Assembly: GCF_001194135.2 (NCBI RefSeq)
Contig: NC_068986.1
Span: 74,345,442 to 74,388,914 of the forward strand
Direction: 5' to 3'
Origin: Octopus bimaculoides
Taxonomy: Eukaryota
DNA: 43,473 bases
This document shows positions 11,916 to 26,109 of the stretch, one piece after another. Both the position numbers and the translations under genes were made by a program. The notes beneath the pieces were generated by a model that made no database searches, was not told the DNA's origin, and was given only the letters and a program-made list of their open reading frames with translations. Numbering within the stretch: the first letter of the stretch is position 1; the number at the start of each line of letters is the position of its first letter.

Positions 11916-12599
11916 AATGTTGTCATTGTTGTTAACGATTTATCCTCATTACTGGATATAACCATAAGAAATTTAAATTTCGCAGCTAAAAGGTTAGAAA
12001 AAAAAAAATTACTGTTTTGTAAAGAAAATGGTTTTTCATCTACTTATCAAATTTCACTCAAACAACATTGGTCAACACTAGCTGACAGTGTCCACACATT
12101 AGGAATGAACCCAAAACTCTACGGTTCCAAAGCGAACTTCTTACCCACATGGCCATGCCTGAGCCTGTTGTTCTGATAAAATGACAAGAGAATCAGATAA
12201 TCAAAACTGGAACAGTATTGGAACGTTATATAGATCAGAATTGAACCAAGGTTAATAACAGTAACGGTTTGTCTTGCATAAGTTCATCACAATGTTTGCT
12301 GCGTGTTATCCTTCCTTACCAATAAATCCCTTATGATATTGTGATATACAGCTGTTTCTATTTTTTTCTTTTTGTTTTTTTAAGAAATCCTCTTTATCTT
12401 CAGTGAGGAATCCAAAGCATGATGAGTTGTAATAGCTTTGTTGTTTAAAAGCTGTTAAATTGATTAGAGATGATTGGAACACTCCCTCTCCTCTCACCAC
12501 CTCATCCCTACTCTCATTTGAAGTCTTTCTATTTGAAGTTAAATCTTCCTTGTAATCAGCCTGGATCTTCTCTTCTTTTCAATTTCATTTAGTTTTAAC

Positions 12600-13505
12600 A
12601 AAACGGTCCAACACCAACACCTCCACCACCACCAACATTAATAATGTCTCCATGTTCATCACCAACACCATCATCACCAACGTCATCATTACCAATGTTA
12701 TCATCATCATCATCATCATCATCACTGTTGTCGTCATCAATTCCATAATCACCCCCTTCACTACCAACAAACACCTCCACCGATCACCGACTTTAACACC
12801 ATCATCATCAACATCATCACTAACAAATATAATCACCACCTCCACCTCCACCACTAGCACAACTACAGCTACAGCCATCGACTCTGCCATCATTACCTTA
12901 GCCNNNNNNNNNNNNNNNNNNNNNNNNNNNNNNNNNNNNNNNNNNNNNNNNNNNNNNNNNNNNNNNNNNNNNNNNNNNNNNNNNNNNNNNNNNNNNNNNN
13001 NNNNNNNNNNNNNNNNNNNNNNNNNNNNNNNNNNNNNNNNNNNNNNNNNNNNNNNNNNNNNNNNNNNNNNNNNNNNNNNNNNNNNNNNNNNNNNNNNNNN
13101 NNNNNNNNNNNNNNNNNNNNNNNNNNNNNNNNNNNNNNNNNNNNNACCACCACCACCATCATCACCACCATGGTCACCATGACTACCACTATGAACATCA
13201 CCATTACAACGACTACCATTGCCTCAACCAACATTTCCATCACCACTGCTATCTCAGCTACCACCACCATCACAACTGCCACTACCATCACAATTACCAC
13301 CACCACTGTCACAACTACCACCACCACTACCACCACCACCACCACCACCATCCCAACTACCACCACCAACGACAACATCACAACTACCAAGACCACCACC
13401 ACTATCACAAGTACCCTGACTACCATCACAACCACCACTACTACCACCACCACCACCATCACAACTACCACCACCACCACCATCATTATAATTACCACTA
13501 CCACT
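12600..13505. repeat. (CAC/CAT/TAC)n low-complexity tract containing an assembly gap
   Basis: Degenerate trinucleotide repeats; source of the Thr/Val-rich pseudo-ORFs. Confidence 0.9.
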
Positions 13506-14169
13506 GTATTGTCCACACTGTTTAAACTGAAGTATTTTTTTTTAAATCCCTATTCATTAATGATTCTTTACATTATTTAGAATATTTCAATAAGATCGTT
13601 ATCTCAACTTTCTACATTGCCTCACATAACGAGAATATTTATCAGCTTTCTATCAGGATTCTTGATTTGTTAGAATCTCAAAATTTCATGATTAATTATT
13701 ATCTCTATGTACCTGTGTGTGTGTGTGTGTGTGTGTGCGTGTGTGTGTGTATGCATGTTTGTGTATATCTGTGTGTTCTTACATCTGCTTGTGTGTGTAT
13801 CCTTTCGTTCATTCTTGTTTCCCTTTAAATAGTCATCATACATGTGTGTGTATGTGTGTGTGTGTATGTGTGTGTGTATACATACACACACATGCACACA
13901 CACACACGCATACACACATATGTATAACATTATCAAGTTAAGAGAGTTTGATGAAATGGATTCCCCCAATCCACTAAATAATAGTGATAAAGGTAATAGT
14001 AGTAGTAGTAGTAGTGTCATAGAGAACTGATTAAATGAGATTGGAATGGAATGGCCTGTAGAGCTTCAACAGATAGTTTACCTCTTAGGATCAAGAAAGA
14101 TCATCAGAAGTGTTTTCAACACTTGATGGCTTATTGAAATCATGTGGATATTTAAAGCTACAGGTAATA

Positions 14170-14332
14170 GGTGCAGGAGTAGCTGTGTGGTAAGTAGCTT
14201 GCGTACCAGCCACATGGTCCCGGGTTCAGTTCCACTGCGTGGCACCTTGGGCAAGTGTCTTCTACTATAGCCTCGGGCCGACCAAAGCCTTGTGAGTGGA
14301 TTTGGTAGACGGAAACTGGAAGAGGCCCGTCG

Positions 14333-14395
<63 letters not shown>

Positions 14396-14618
14396 TTGTA
14401 TTTGTGTGTCTGTTTGTCTCCCCAGCATCACTTGACAACCGATGCTGGTGTGTTTACGTCCCCGTAACTTAGCGGTTCGGCAAAAGAGACCGATAAAATA
14501 AGTACTAGGCTTACAAAGAATAAGCTCTGGGGTTGATTTGCTCGGCTATAAAGGCAGTGCTCCAGCATGGCCGCAGTCAAATAACTGAAACAAGTAAAAG
14601 AGTAAAAAAGTAAAAGAG
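14170..14618 (+). mobile_element. Near full-length tRNA-derived SINE (family C)
   Basis: A-box-like agctgtgtggt, B-box-like gggttcagttcc, ccttgggcaagtgtcttct, internal (TA)n, (TAAAAGAG)n tail. Confidence 0.85.
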
Positions 14619-14711
14619 ATACCCATGACCCACATAAATTCTACCAGAAACAAAACCAACCTTGAGTCAAGTCAAATGATAATAATTATTTATTACTAAT
14701 AATAATAATAG

Positions 14712-14925
14712 TAATCCTTTCTATTAAAAGCACAAAGTCTGAAATTTGGGAGTGGGTACTAGTTGATTACATCGACCCCTGTACTCAACTGGTACTTATT
14801 TTATCGACCCTGAAAGTTTGAAAGGCAAAGTCAACCTCGGCAAAATTTGAACTCTGAGTGTAAAGACAGACGAAATGCCATAGAGCATTTTGCCCAGTGT
14901 GCTAACGATTTTGCCAGCTCACCAC
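14712..14925 (-). mobile_element. SINE family B
   Basis: Reverse complement of the 8005-8219 family. Further copies at about 7455-7620(-), 16945-17155(-), 22360-22540(+), 24265-24470(+) and 42460-42550(-). Confidence 0.75.
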
Positions 14926-15562
14926 CCTAATAATAATAACAATTTTAATAATATTAATGGTAATTGTTGTAATAATGATAATAATAATCATAACAATAAT
15001 GATAATATAAAGTGTAATAATGAAAAACGACTTAGAGTTATAGATAATAAATTTGAAATATCTAGCTTGGATAGAGAAAACATGTATATCAAATCTATCA
15101 TAACTTAATACAGAAGAGATTCCTAGCTCAACACCTAATATAGACAATAAGAACTTTTCAGACACACAAAAAAAAAAACTTCTCAAATATAGATTTAGCT
15201 GGATATTTAATAATAAAAAAACCAACTGGAATATTCATTGTATAACCAATGATAAAGAAAAAAACTTTTATAAATTTATAAATTTTCAGTAACTATCATA
15301 TACTATTATATAGGTGCTTGCACAACTGATTTTAAGTCAAGATTATATTATCAAGTTTTATGTCTGGAGTTTCAAATGGAGGAATGTGAGGTAAGGTATT
15401 AAATGGTCTATAATAAATAGTGCACTGCCCTCTGATAGAAGGAAACAGCTATGCAATGCCTCAAGGAGACACTGCATATCTTTACATCCAAATCTAACAT
15501 ATTAAATAAACAAAAATGAATTAACGTTAAGTTGTACACATTTACTTACAAAAAACCTTTAA

Positions 15563-15782
15563 CCCTTTCGTTACTGTATTTATTTTGAGATGCTCTTTGT
15601 TTCTTTCAATTACTTCAAATATAACAAAGAATTTAGTGAAATAACTTAGTTATCATTTAGCTACGGTTTGGAACATAAATTGTGACTAAGGTTTGGTGGA
15701 AGATTTTAATTCAAAACTTGTGAAAACAAGACATTTGTACTCAGAGCCAGAGCCGGTTTCAGCTGGGCTGGTAACGAAAGGG
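15563..15782. mobile_element. piggyBac-type MITE, 220 bp
   Basis: Perfect 12-bp TIR CCCTTTCGTTAC / GTAACGAAAGGG with TTAA on both sides (15559-15562, 15783-15786). Confidence 0.88.
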
Positions 15783-15993
15783 TTAAAACTTTCCCAAATA
15801 AATGGGGTACTAATTGGTGTACCCTAATATAGGTCGAGTCTATCTTTCTTCATCTTGTTTATTTAGTATATTTTATATAGCTAGTATTATTTAGTAGATG
15901 CATTAATATTAATTTTTTTGTCTGATTATTTCAATTATCTTAATTTTCTAAATGATATTATTATTGTTTTATTATTATTATCATTATTATTGG

Positions 15994-16228
15994 TGAGGCA
16001 GTGAACTGGCTGAATTGTTAGCACGCCGAGTGAATGCTTAGCAGCATTTCATCCATCTTCACATTCTGAGCTCAAATTTTGCCAAAGTCAACCTTATCTT
16101 TGTTCCGTTCAGATCTATAAAATATGTACCAGTTGAGTACTGAGGTCGATGTGATCGACTACTACCTCCCACAAATATCATGCTTTGTGGCTATAATAAA
16201 AAGATTATTATTTTCATCATCATCATCA

Positions 16229-16278
<50 letters not shown>

Positions 16279-16500
16279 TAAGGTGGTGAGCTGGCAGAAT
16301 CGTCACTGTGCTGGGAAAAATGCTTAGTAGCATTTTTCCTAATTTTACATTCTGAGTTCAAGTGCTGCCGGAGTTGACATTGCTTGTCATCTTCTTGGGT
16401 CAATAAAATAAGTACCGGTTGACCACAGGGGTCAATGTAATCAACTTACTTCCTCCCTTGAAATTGCTGGCCCTGTGCCAAAATTTGAAATCATCATTAT
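15994..16500 (+). mobile_element. Two tandem SINE family B copies separated by (ATT)n
   Basis: Heads at about 15994 and 16280, each followed by an (ATT)n tail. Confidence 0.75.
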
Positions 16501-17552
16501 TATTATTTGAATTGTTTTTAAGTTCTGCAATTAGATCGTTTAATTATTATTTTTTGATTAGTTTAAAATTTATTTTTAGATTTAGCACTTTAATTTTATT
16601 TTTTCACATTCATTTATCTTAATCATATCACAATAATTTCAATTTTTAGATATTTATTCTTTTGAGGAAAATATTTTTGAAATAGAATATCTTCCGTAGT
16701 CTATAACATATTGGTTATTTTCCTTTAAAATTCTCATTAACTCAGCCTGTCTTCTCATAGTTTATATTTAGAATTAATACTGTTCAAATGACATTTCCAT
16801 CATGATTTAAATGATTATCTACCAAATAGTTTGGTTCTGCATATGTATTTGAACTGGCCAGTAATAGTTTAAATGAGAGTAGGAATTTTACCATAAACTT
16901 TAATCAAATCGACAGGTTGTACTGAAGACTCTAAGAACCATATTGGTTTTCAATTTTAGCACAAGGCCAGTACTTTTTGGAGAGGTAGTAAGTCAATTAC
17001 ATTGACCCCCAGTACTCAACTGGTACTTATTTTACCAACCCTGAAGTAAAGAAAGGCAAAGTTTTGACCCCAGTGGCTTTTGAACTCAGAAGTGAAGTCA
17101 GAAGAAATGCTACTAGACATTTTGTTTGGCACGTTAACAATTCTACCAGCTCAATACCTCAACCCTAAGTACCATTATAAATTTTAGCTTAATCTGAGAA
17201 GTACGATTTCTAAGTAGGTCCACTGGAAACCTTCTCTACTCCTTATACTGTTCATATATTTTTAGTTTTACAACTGTCTCCCTTAAAATGTTCTCTAATG
17301 AAAGTAGTGTGGTATAGCTTTGATAAGGATAGGATGATGTTTAATTTCTCTATTTCTGTGGAATCTTAGTCCATCATATAAAGGATTAATTAATATGCAT
17401 GATTACTACATTGCAGAATTTTTAAATTTACCAATCTATATGAAACATGTGTAAGCTAATTAAATAATGTACAATTCTCCATTCTTTTGTGTTTTTCTGT
17501 ATGTACACATACGCACACTCACACACACAGATACACACACAGACACAGACAC

Positions 17553-17585
<33 letters not shown>

Positions 17586-17589
17586 TTGT

Positions 17590-18010
17590 TTTTATATCTA
17601 CTTTTCCTGTCCTGGCATGGATTCAACCTCTTGCGATCAGATTTCTTCACTTCTGCTCTAAGTCTTCCTTTTCTGCAGATTCCACTTTGAACATTTATAC
17701 TTCTACACCCAACTGTCAAATCGTCAAACACATTACATGTCCACACTATCACTATCATCTCTCTTGCACACTATACTGAATTTTCCCTACACTTAGTTTT
17801 GCTCTCAGCTCATTTGTACTCCATCATTCATGCTGGTTAATATTACGCATCTACCAAAGCATGCTCTAGCCTTTACTCATCATCTACATTCAATACCCAT
17901 GATTTCCACCATGTAACATTGCACTGCACTTCATACACATTCATCTTACAATTTAGCCTTCACTTAGAACCAGAAGCACTTTGTTACCAGTAGAGGTAAC
18001 ATCTTGAACA
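17590..18010 (-). mobile_element. Old degenerate RTE LINE fragment (post-RT region)
   Basis: Minus-strand translation with stops resembles LLVTK...VKAKL.D.CV...AMLHG..SW...ELRAKL...VQER..GHV, collinear with the RTE ORF at 42990-43473. Confidence 0.6.
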
Positions 18011-18281
18011 TCAACGACTCTGTTCCTGCTCAAACCTAATCATTTGGTCTCTTAAGTAAGAGAAGCTCTCAAATATGGAGTTTCTTGAGCATTTGAAAGA
18101 ATTTATTTCCTAGATCCTCTTACTGCTACCTTTTTCTATATATTCTGTCCTTTTTCTTTATATAAAATCTTCTTTCTTTATTAACCTCTCTATAACCCAC
18201 AACACCACTTGTACACCCATAGTTTACATTGGGGAGACAATATGGAATTCATATATTAGTGACAGAGGCAGTATTAAATCT

Positions 18282-18499
18282 GAGAGATAATATCTATCTC
18301 ATTTAAATGTGGATGTTCTGTTAGAACAAACTATACTGTAGTAAATACCATGAGAGAAACTCTCATATCGGTTTTTGATGCAAAACAAGAGTGCATTTGA
18401 CACCAAAAGCCAATATGAGAATTTCTCTCATGGTATCTACCTTGGTATAGTTTATTCTAACAAACCATCCACATTTAAGTGGGATAAATATTACCTCTC
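18282..18499. repeat. Palindromic foldback element (about 100-bp arms, about 11-nt spacer)
   Basis: 18282-18384 aligns to the reverse complement of 18396-18499; the left arm contains the sub-hairpin ATGAGAG-AAA-CTCTCAT, mirrored with one substitution in the right arm. Confidence 0.85.
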
Positions 18500-18519
18500 C
18501 ATTTGGAATTTCTCCTTAT

Positions 18520-18850
18520 TCCTTTTTAGTACATCAAGCCTGTCCACTTTCCTGATGGTGAAATCTTGTCATCTTTCTAGCGAACTTAAACCTAGCTAGA
18601 TTTATTTTGTGGACCCTTGATTTTAAATTTTGCTTTCTCCTGCATGCTAAATTTCTCATTGAACTCATTGTCATTTCTTATCTTGTTTAAGAGATTTCAA
18701 CACATAACTTGTTTCTGTCTTGAGCGTCTTTTTGGCCCTTGGGTATGACACCTCCCTGCAACTATCTGATTGACTACATAATTAACTGGTGTGAGCACTG
18801 GATATTCTCAGCATCTCACTGACTATACAAAATGGCCCAACTGTTTTCTC
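18520..18850 (-). mobile_element. Old, internally deleted RTE LINE RT fragment
   Basis: Minus-strand pieces resemble the RTE motifs VSEMLRIS, VNQIVAGGVIP, DAQDRN, NEFNEKF and KINLA. Confidence 0.5.
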
Positions 18851-18999
18851 AGCTTTCATATCTTAAATCAGGCTTTTTGACCATATAGCTGTTAACCCGT
18901 GATAGCTGGTCCCTCTGTTGGAAGCCACTTTGGGTGGTCTGTGTTTCGAAGTGTCTTCTACATATCATGCAACTATAAAAATGTATAATATCATCTTTA

Positions 19000-19062
<63 letters not shown>

Positions 19063-19174
19063 ATACATATATATATATACACATACATACCTGCATGCAT
19101 GCATGCATACGAACATACATACATACATACATACGTGTATGTATTATATTTATATGAGAATGTTTTATTTACAG

Positions 19175-19272
19175 GTATGTGATGTTATATCTAAATGGGA
19201 ACAAGCTTTCCGTGACAGTCACTCAGGGAAAATAGACTCTAATAGCACAATTCGTTTTCTGTTCAAGAATAG
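19175..19272 (+). CDS. PLEKHH1: Internal coding exon, PLEKHH1/2-like FERM domain
   Basis: tttattt acag acceptor and AG|gtaagt donor; 98 nt, phase 0-2. Translates VCDVISKWEQAFRDSHSGKIDSNSTIRFLFKN(R), matching recalled ICDAISKWEQ...KLMYKNR, in frame with the previous exon. Confidence 0.93.
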
Positions 19273-20137
19273 GTAAGTTTTCTTTTATCATTCTTTAATG
19301 TAATCCATGTCTTCATTTTAAACTCAGTGACAAAGCATTAAATATTCCTATTGTTTTCTGAATGAGAAGATTCTTAGAGCCAAAATGAAAATCTTTCTTT
19401 CAACCACAAACAAAACATTCAGTTCCCATGAAACAGAAACTCTTCTGAGAATCAAATTTATATTTTACTTGTCTTGAATTGTTTAACCCCAGGTTACTCT
19501 TATTAAACTGTGCTGTGATGAAAGATATTCCAACTATGACAATACTATCTACATTTTGTTTCAGGCATAGTGCATTTGGGACTACATTGTCCAAGATGGT
19601 AAACTTTAATATACGTGACATTTGGTTACTATTTCTAGGAATTTATTCCTCATTAGCCCCTCCTAGGAACAAATAGAACAAGTATGGTTAAGAAGTTTAT
19701 TGCACAATGAAATGGTTCTTGATTTCACAGTCTGACTGCAGTGCACCTTGGCAAGTGTCTTCTACTATAACTTCAAGTTGACTAATACCTTATAAATTGA
19801 ATTTGGCAGAAAAAGTTTATTCAAAAGACTATTGTGTGTGTGTGTGTGTCCTTTAGGTTTGTTTATAGGAAACGTTTTTGAATATGCATATGTGGGCCTA
19901 ATGATACCAACTGACAATAGCAGCTTTTTGGGGGCTGCACCAAGCTGGGCCAATAGAAGGTAGGATAAATATAGTAATAATAATAATAATAATAAAAATA
20001 ATAATAATAATGATAATAATAATAATAATCCATGGATGGAATGCATCGCTACATGTGTTTGATCATAAGAAATGTGATTCATGGAAACACTCGTAGGAAT
20101 GCATTAAAATATTTATAAATTCCATCCATGGATTATA

Positions 20138-20186
<49 letters not shown>

Positions 20187-20939
20187 GTAGTAGTAATATA
20201 TATATATATATGTATATATATTTATATTTATATATATATATCACATGATTGACCAGACTATCAGATGTTGTTATACATCGCTGGTCACAATGCACTTTAC
20301 ATGATTTTTTTAGCTTTTAAATAATGCAACTTCTCTGGCTAAGTGAGCAGGCTAATATTCCCTCTGGTCAAAAGGCCAGTCTGTTGCAGGGTTGCATTAT
20401 ATACAGCTGCGTGAACTGGAGTGATGTAAAATGAAGTGTTTTGCTCAAGAACAAAAGCATGAAGCTGGTTTGAGAATCAAAACCACGATCTCTCAATCCT
20501 GAGAGCAACACGCCTAACCGCTATATATATCCCTTCATCAACTAAACTATTGGATGTTGTTATACACTGCTAATCACAATGCACTTCCTTGCATTGTTGT
20601 AGCTCTCAAATGATGCCACCCTGTTGGCTTGGTAGGCAGGTCAACAGTTCTCCCTGAATGGAATATCAGTCCTTTGCAGAGTTTCCCATTTACAGCTCTG
20701 TGGATGGGAGCAATGTGAAATGAAGTGTCTTGTTCAAAAGCACAACACACCACCAGTGTGGGAATCAAAGCTATAATCTTATAATTGTGAGTGCAACACC
20801 GTCACTACTTACATGATTATTTGATCTGTTACAAATAACAGTCAAGGAAGGAAACTTTTTGTAGAAACAAAGCCTGGAATCTAAGGGCCTCAGAGTTAAT
20901 TTAGCAAAACCCAAAGCCCTAATAAGTTAGAAAACAGAC

Positions 20940-21435
20940 AAATCACAAAAAGGAAGTGCCAAGCTCTAATTGTGGAGGCTACCCAGGAAGATGTGGGTGG
21001 GACGAAGTGGTGAGAAAGGATCTTCAGATGTTGGGCGTCACTGAGGAGATGACAAGGAACTGGGAGATGTGAGGATTTACTGTACTTGATAAGACACATC
21101 AAGCTAAGTAAAATCATTGTCTTCCACACAAACAAGCTTGTCTTTTCAGGTGCTGGCACCACTTAAAAAGCATCCATGCCTGTGCTGTATCAATGCACCT
21201 GTGCTGGTGCTGCATCAACATACCTGTGCCAGTGCTGCATAAATGCACCTGTGCTGGTGGCATGTAAAACAGTACCCAGCATGCACTGTTAAGTGGTTGG
21301 TGTTAAGAAGGGCATCCAACCATAGAAACCATGCCACAACAGACAGCTGGAGTCTGGACAGCTCCCTGCTAGTCAGCTCCATGTCAAACTGTCCAATCCA
21401 AGCCAGCACGAAAAGCAGACATAAAATGATGATGA
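20940..21435 (+). mobile_element. 5'-truncated RTE LINE (ORF C-terminus plus 3' UTR)
   Basis: Translates KCQALIVE...WDEVVRKDLQMLGVTEEMTRN...VLDKTHQAK*, then tandem tgcacctgtgctggtg modules and an (ATG)n tail. Confidence 0.8.
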
Positions 21436-23717
21436 TAATTCTAGATACAGTACATCTGGGGGGAAAAAAATTAAAACAAAACACACGATGGTCATAACTG
21501 AAATTCCCTTCATCATAAGTTTACTCAGTCAAGGTTGACTTGGGGCTAAAGAACAACAACAGCAAGACAGCATATTTCTGACATGGAGAATTTTCCATAC
21601 TAAATGCGATGCCATTATGGCAAAGTATTATTGTGTGAGAGATTATACTAAATAGAATATGAATAATATTGTTGAGTAGCATAGCTAACCAAATGGTACA
21701 GAGAGATATTTGACGCTGAACTCTGTCAAAATTATATCAGGCTCTTAAGAATGTTTCAATAAGTTAAGAAGGAAGTGATGAGTTGGTAAATAGTTGTGGT
21801 TCCATAAGTGGCAGCTCTTTAAAGCTTATTTAATAATATAATATCTTCAGTTGCAGGAAGTTGGAGTTAGACCAGAAATCAACATGTGTATGGAAAAATA
21901 TCAAATTCAGTGAAGGATGGAATGTATGGGGTATGTCTGGTATGTAAATAAGTGTGTGAATGAGAAAGTTGGGTGGCGGGAGAGAGAGATTGTTGTTTTT
22001 GTGAATATTGATGCTTATTCTAGTAATTGATATGCCAAAGGTTATATTTGAGTAAATATGTTTACATGTTAAGGTCAGTGTCCAAAAGTTTTTGCTAATC
22101 TCACTTATCTAAATACAGTTCCCTTCTACACCATGAATACACATTCTGAATATGAATCAAAGAAAGGAGTCTCTACATGAGTGCTCAACCTACTAGAAAG
22201 AGCAGCCAAATCTTTCTCTAGAAAGATATATTAGACACATTGTATCAGAAATATAAGATGTGATAGTCAGGGTAGGATCTCCTTTCATAATGAGTTCACT
22301 AAATCAGAGTAGACTTGGAGGTTATCAACAATAGAAAACAATATCACAAATGTCTGTAAGATGCTTAGCAGTATTTTGTCTATCTGCATGTTCTAGGTTA
22401 AAATTCCGCTGAGGTCGACCTTACCTTTCAACCTGCAGGAGTTGATAAATTGATTCCAGTTGAGTACTGGGGTCGATGAAATTGACTTATTTCCTTTCCT
22501 TCCTGAAATTGCTGGCCTTGTGCCAAAATTTGAAATCAATATCACAAATGTATGTACTATATACTGGGTGGAGTGAAGGCACATGGCTCAGTGGCTAGAG
22601 CATTGAGCGCATGATCATGAGGTAGTGAGTTCAATTCCCAGAGCGAGTTGTGTGTAGTGTTCTTGAGCAAGACACTTTATTTCACATAATTCCCATTCAG
22701 TCAGCTGTAAAAATGAGTTGCGATATCACTGGTGCCAAGCTGTATCAGCATTTGCCTTTCCCTTAGATAACATTTGTAGCATAGAGAGGGGAGGCTGGTA
22801 TGCATGGGTAACTGGTCTTCTATAAACAACCTTGCCCTGACTTGTGTCTCAGAGGGGAACTTTCTAGGAGCAATCCCAATGTGAAATAAAGTGTCCTGCT
22901 CAAGGAAAAACCTGGGGTACATCTGATGCTAAGATTAACATCCCACAAACTTGGGACAGTCATCCTGTTTTATTTCTATCATCGTCATCGTCATCATCAC
23001 CCTCATCATCATCATCATCATCATCATCAATTTGAAGTCCACTTTTCTATGGTTGCATGGGTTGTCCTTTCCTGTCACCAACCCTCACTTGTTTCCAAGC
23101 AAGGTAAACATTTCTCCATGGCCAGACATGTTCTCTCAGAATACTGGAAATGAATGACACTGTTTGTATGACAGTGATAATCATTTTACAACAATAATGC
23201 ATTGCTAAGAGAAGAAAACACAAACTCGTGCGCGCGCACACACACACACACACACATTAATTAGCACTCTGTCGGCTATAAGGACAAGTGTTACAGTTGA
23301 CCTGATCAGCAGAACAGCCTGCTCATGAAATTAACATGCAAGTGGCTGAGCCCTATGCAGCCGTGTGTATCCTTAATGTTGTTCTTAGGGAAATTCAGTG
23401 TGACACAGAGTATAACAAGGCTGGCTTTTTGAAATACAGGTACAAATCATTTTTACCAGCTGAGTGGACTGGGGCAATGTGAAATAAAGTGTCCTGATCA
23501 AAGAAAAACCTGAGGTACATCTTATGCATGGGACAAGTTTGAATAGTAAGGAAAAAGTCTTTGTACCAAGATTTAAACTAAATTTGGGGTGGGACTTATA
23601 CATGAATTAATATGGTTTATTAATTGACAAAACTGGAAACTGTATAAAAACATATGAATATATATTGAAATCTGGAGAAAATTATTTAAAAAATGAAAAA
23701 TGGGATAAAATGAAAAG

Positions 23718-24090
23718 TACCAACCACATGGTTCCGGGTTCAGTCCCACTGCGTGGCATCTTGGGTAAGTGTCTTCTATTATAGCCACGGGCCGACTAAA
23801 GCCTTGTGAGTGGATTTGGTAGACAGAAACTGAAAGAAGCCCGTCGTATATATGTATATATATATATATGTGTGTGTGTGTGTTTGTGTGTCTGTGTTTG
23901 TCCCCTTAGTATTATATGACAACTGATGCTGGTGTGCTTATGTCCCCGTCACTTAGCGGTTCGGCAAAAGAGACCGATAGAATAAGTACTAGGCTTACAA
24001 AGAATAAGTCCCAGGGTTGATTTGCTCGACTAAAGGCAGTGCTCCAGCATGGCCACAGTCAAATGACTGAAACAAGTAAAAGAGTAAAAG
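23718..24090 (+). mobile_element. SINE family C, 5' end missing
   Basis: High similarity to 14170-14618 from accaaccacatggttccgggttcagtccc onward. Confidence 0.85.
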
Positions 24091-25384
24091 TGTAGATGTT
24101 AAGGAAAGGAAGAAGAAATTATTAAAAGAGAAATTGTATTGACAGAAATAGAAATGAAACAAAGCAGATATATAACATGATCATACTATTCGAGGGGTGA
24201 TGATTTGAAAAAAGTAAAGTAAAATTTGTTAAAGTTATCAATATTTTTACATGAGATAGGTAATAAGCTGGCAGTATCATTAGCACAGTGGGCTAAATGT
24301 TTAGCAGCTTTTTGTCTGTCTTTATATTCTGAGTTCATATGCTGCCAGGGTTGATTATACCTTTTATACTTTGAGGTAAATAGGTTAATAAAATAAGTAC
24401 CAGTTGATATAATTGATTTATCTCCTCCCCCAAATTGCTGGCCTTGTGCCAAAATTTGAAATCAATATTATGAACTGAGAAGAATGCTCAAAAATGCCTT
24501 GGCTGTTGTGTAAGATCTGGTTATCCAAGAAGACTGTCAACATAAAAAAAAACAGTAACCATTGATCAGTAATAAACATTATACTTAATTGTTCAAATGT
24601 TTGCCAGAAGTGAAGAATTAGTTGCATATAAAAGGTAGGTCCTCAATTTTAAGTTTGGTTCCCTTTGTTAGACTTGATGTTTTACAAAAAGCAATCCTAA
24701 AGGTCTTAAAATAGTATGTACTCTATGCTCGATCTAATTTACCTTGAAGTTCAGAGAGCAAAGACATGACGATGATATGTCATTGACAAAGCTCACCCAT
24801 ACTCTAATGGGTTACATGACTGTAGACCACATCTGTCTGAGAAATTGCATATATTAAAACAGATTGTGGTATCGCTCAATACAAAATTTGTAGTCATTTC
24901 AATTTCAATTGCCATGACAAATAATAATTTCTCTTGGAACATTTTCAACCAATTGATCAAGAAATACCGACCAATTGACTGAGAAATAACAAGGAAAAAG
25001 AAAGAGTAGATCTCATTTACTATCAAAAGTTGCCTCCCTTATAATATAATAGCACTATAGTGTGTCTCATGATAGTATCATGTGCCTCAACCAATGGGGA
25101 TGAAACTTATTAACATCCAATAACAATGTGCTTTTCAAATCACATACGGCTAAAACTGAAAACATGTGAATGGGTTACATGTGTTTGTTTATGAGCCTAT
25201 GAAATTCCTAATAATGAAAGCTTAAATATTCTCTTATGAATATAAACTCTATAAAATATTGGCTACCCTTCACTGTTATTAGAAGACGTAATAATAAGAA
25301 CAATATGTATACACACTCACACACACACACACACACACACACATACATGCATACATACATACATACATACATACACTGTTGTTG

Positions 25385-25720
25385 TTGGCACTCCGTTGCT
25401 TACAACGTTGGGGGTTCCAGTTGATCCGATCAACAGAATAGCCTGCTCGTGAAATTAACGTGCAAGTGGCTGAGCACTCCACAGACACGTGTACCCTTGA
25501 CGTTGTTCTCGGGGATATTCAGCGTGACACAGTGTGACAAAGCTGACCCTTTGAANNNNNNNNNNTTGTTCTCGGGGATATTCAGCGTGACACAGTGTGA
25601 CAAAGCTGACCCTTTGAATTACAAGTACAACAGAAACAGGAAGAAAGAGTGAGAGAAAGTTGTGGTGAAAGAGTACAGCAGGGTTCGCCACCATCCCCTG
25701 CCGGAGGTGTAAACATGATG
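25385..25720 (-). mobile_element. SINE-like repeat (family D-related tail) containing a 10-N gap
   Basis: gaaattaacgtgcaagtggctgagcactccacagacacgtgtaccc is shared with 23240-23510 and the reverse complement of the 6646-7010 tail. Confidence 0.65.
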
Positions 25721-26109
25721 ACAATGCTAATGATGAAAATGGTAATAATGATGATGGTGGAAGTGGTGGTGGTGTGTGTATGTGTGTGGTGTGTGTTTAG
25801 AAGAGCAATATGAGGATGAGGTATAGGAGAAAACTAAAAGAAATCAATAGAAATAGTAGAATGAAGGTCAATGACTTTGAATTGAATCAAGGATTATAAC
25901 TTGGTGCTACTTGCAATGATGTAATTATGTTTATTTTGGCTGAAAATTTTCTGCTGATAACTTATTACTGATGGTGTGGTGCTGGGCTGATTGTACTCTT
26001 GAAAGATATTGTAGGATGGTGTTGATTGCACTTTTGGGAGATACTGTGGGGTGATAGTGTTGTCTGTACCATCGAGGAGTATTATGGGGTGGGGAGTTGT
26101 TGACTGTAA

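Noticed and set aside
11412-11996. Possible second piggyBac-like MITE (ttaaccttttt... / ...aaaaggttag)
   Set aside because: The TIR match is short and imperfect, and the right TTAA is not intact.
12585-13580. Long Thr/Val/Pro-rich ORFs resembling a mucin domain
   Set aside because: They are translations of (CAC)n-type repeats spanning an N gap. The flanking exons join contiguously (QVK|VCD) with no room for them.
25503-25618. Exact 53-bp direct repeat
   Set aside because: The copies sit on either side of a 10-N gap, typical of unmerged contig overlap.
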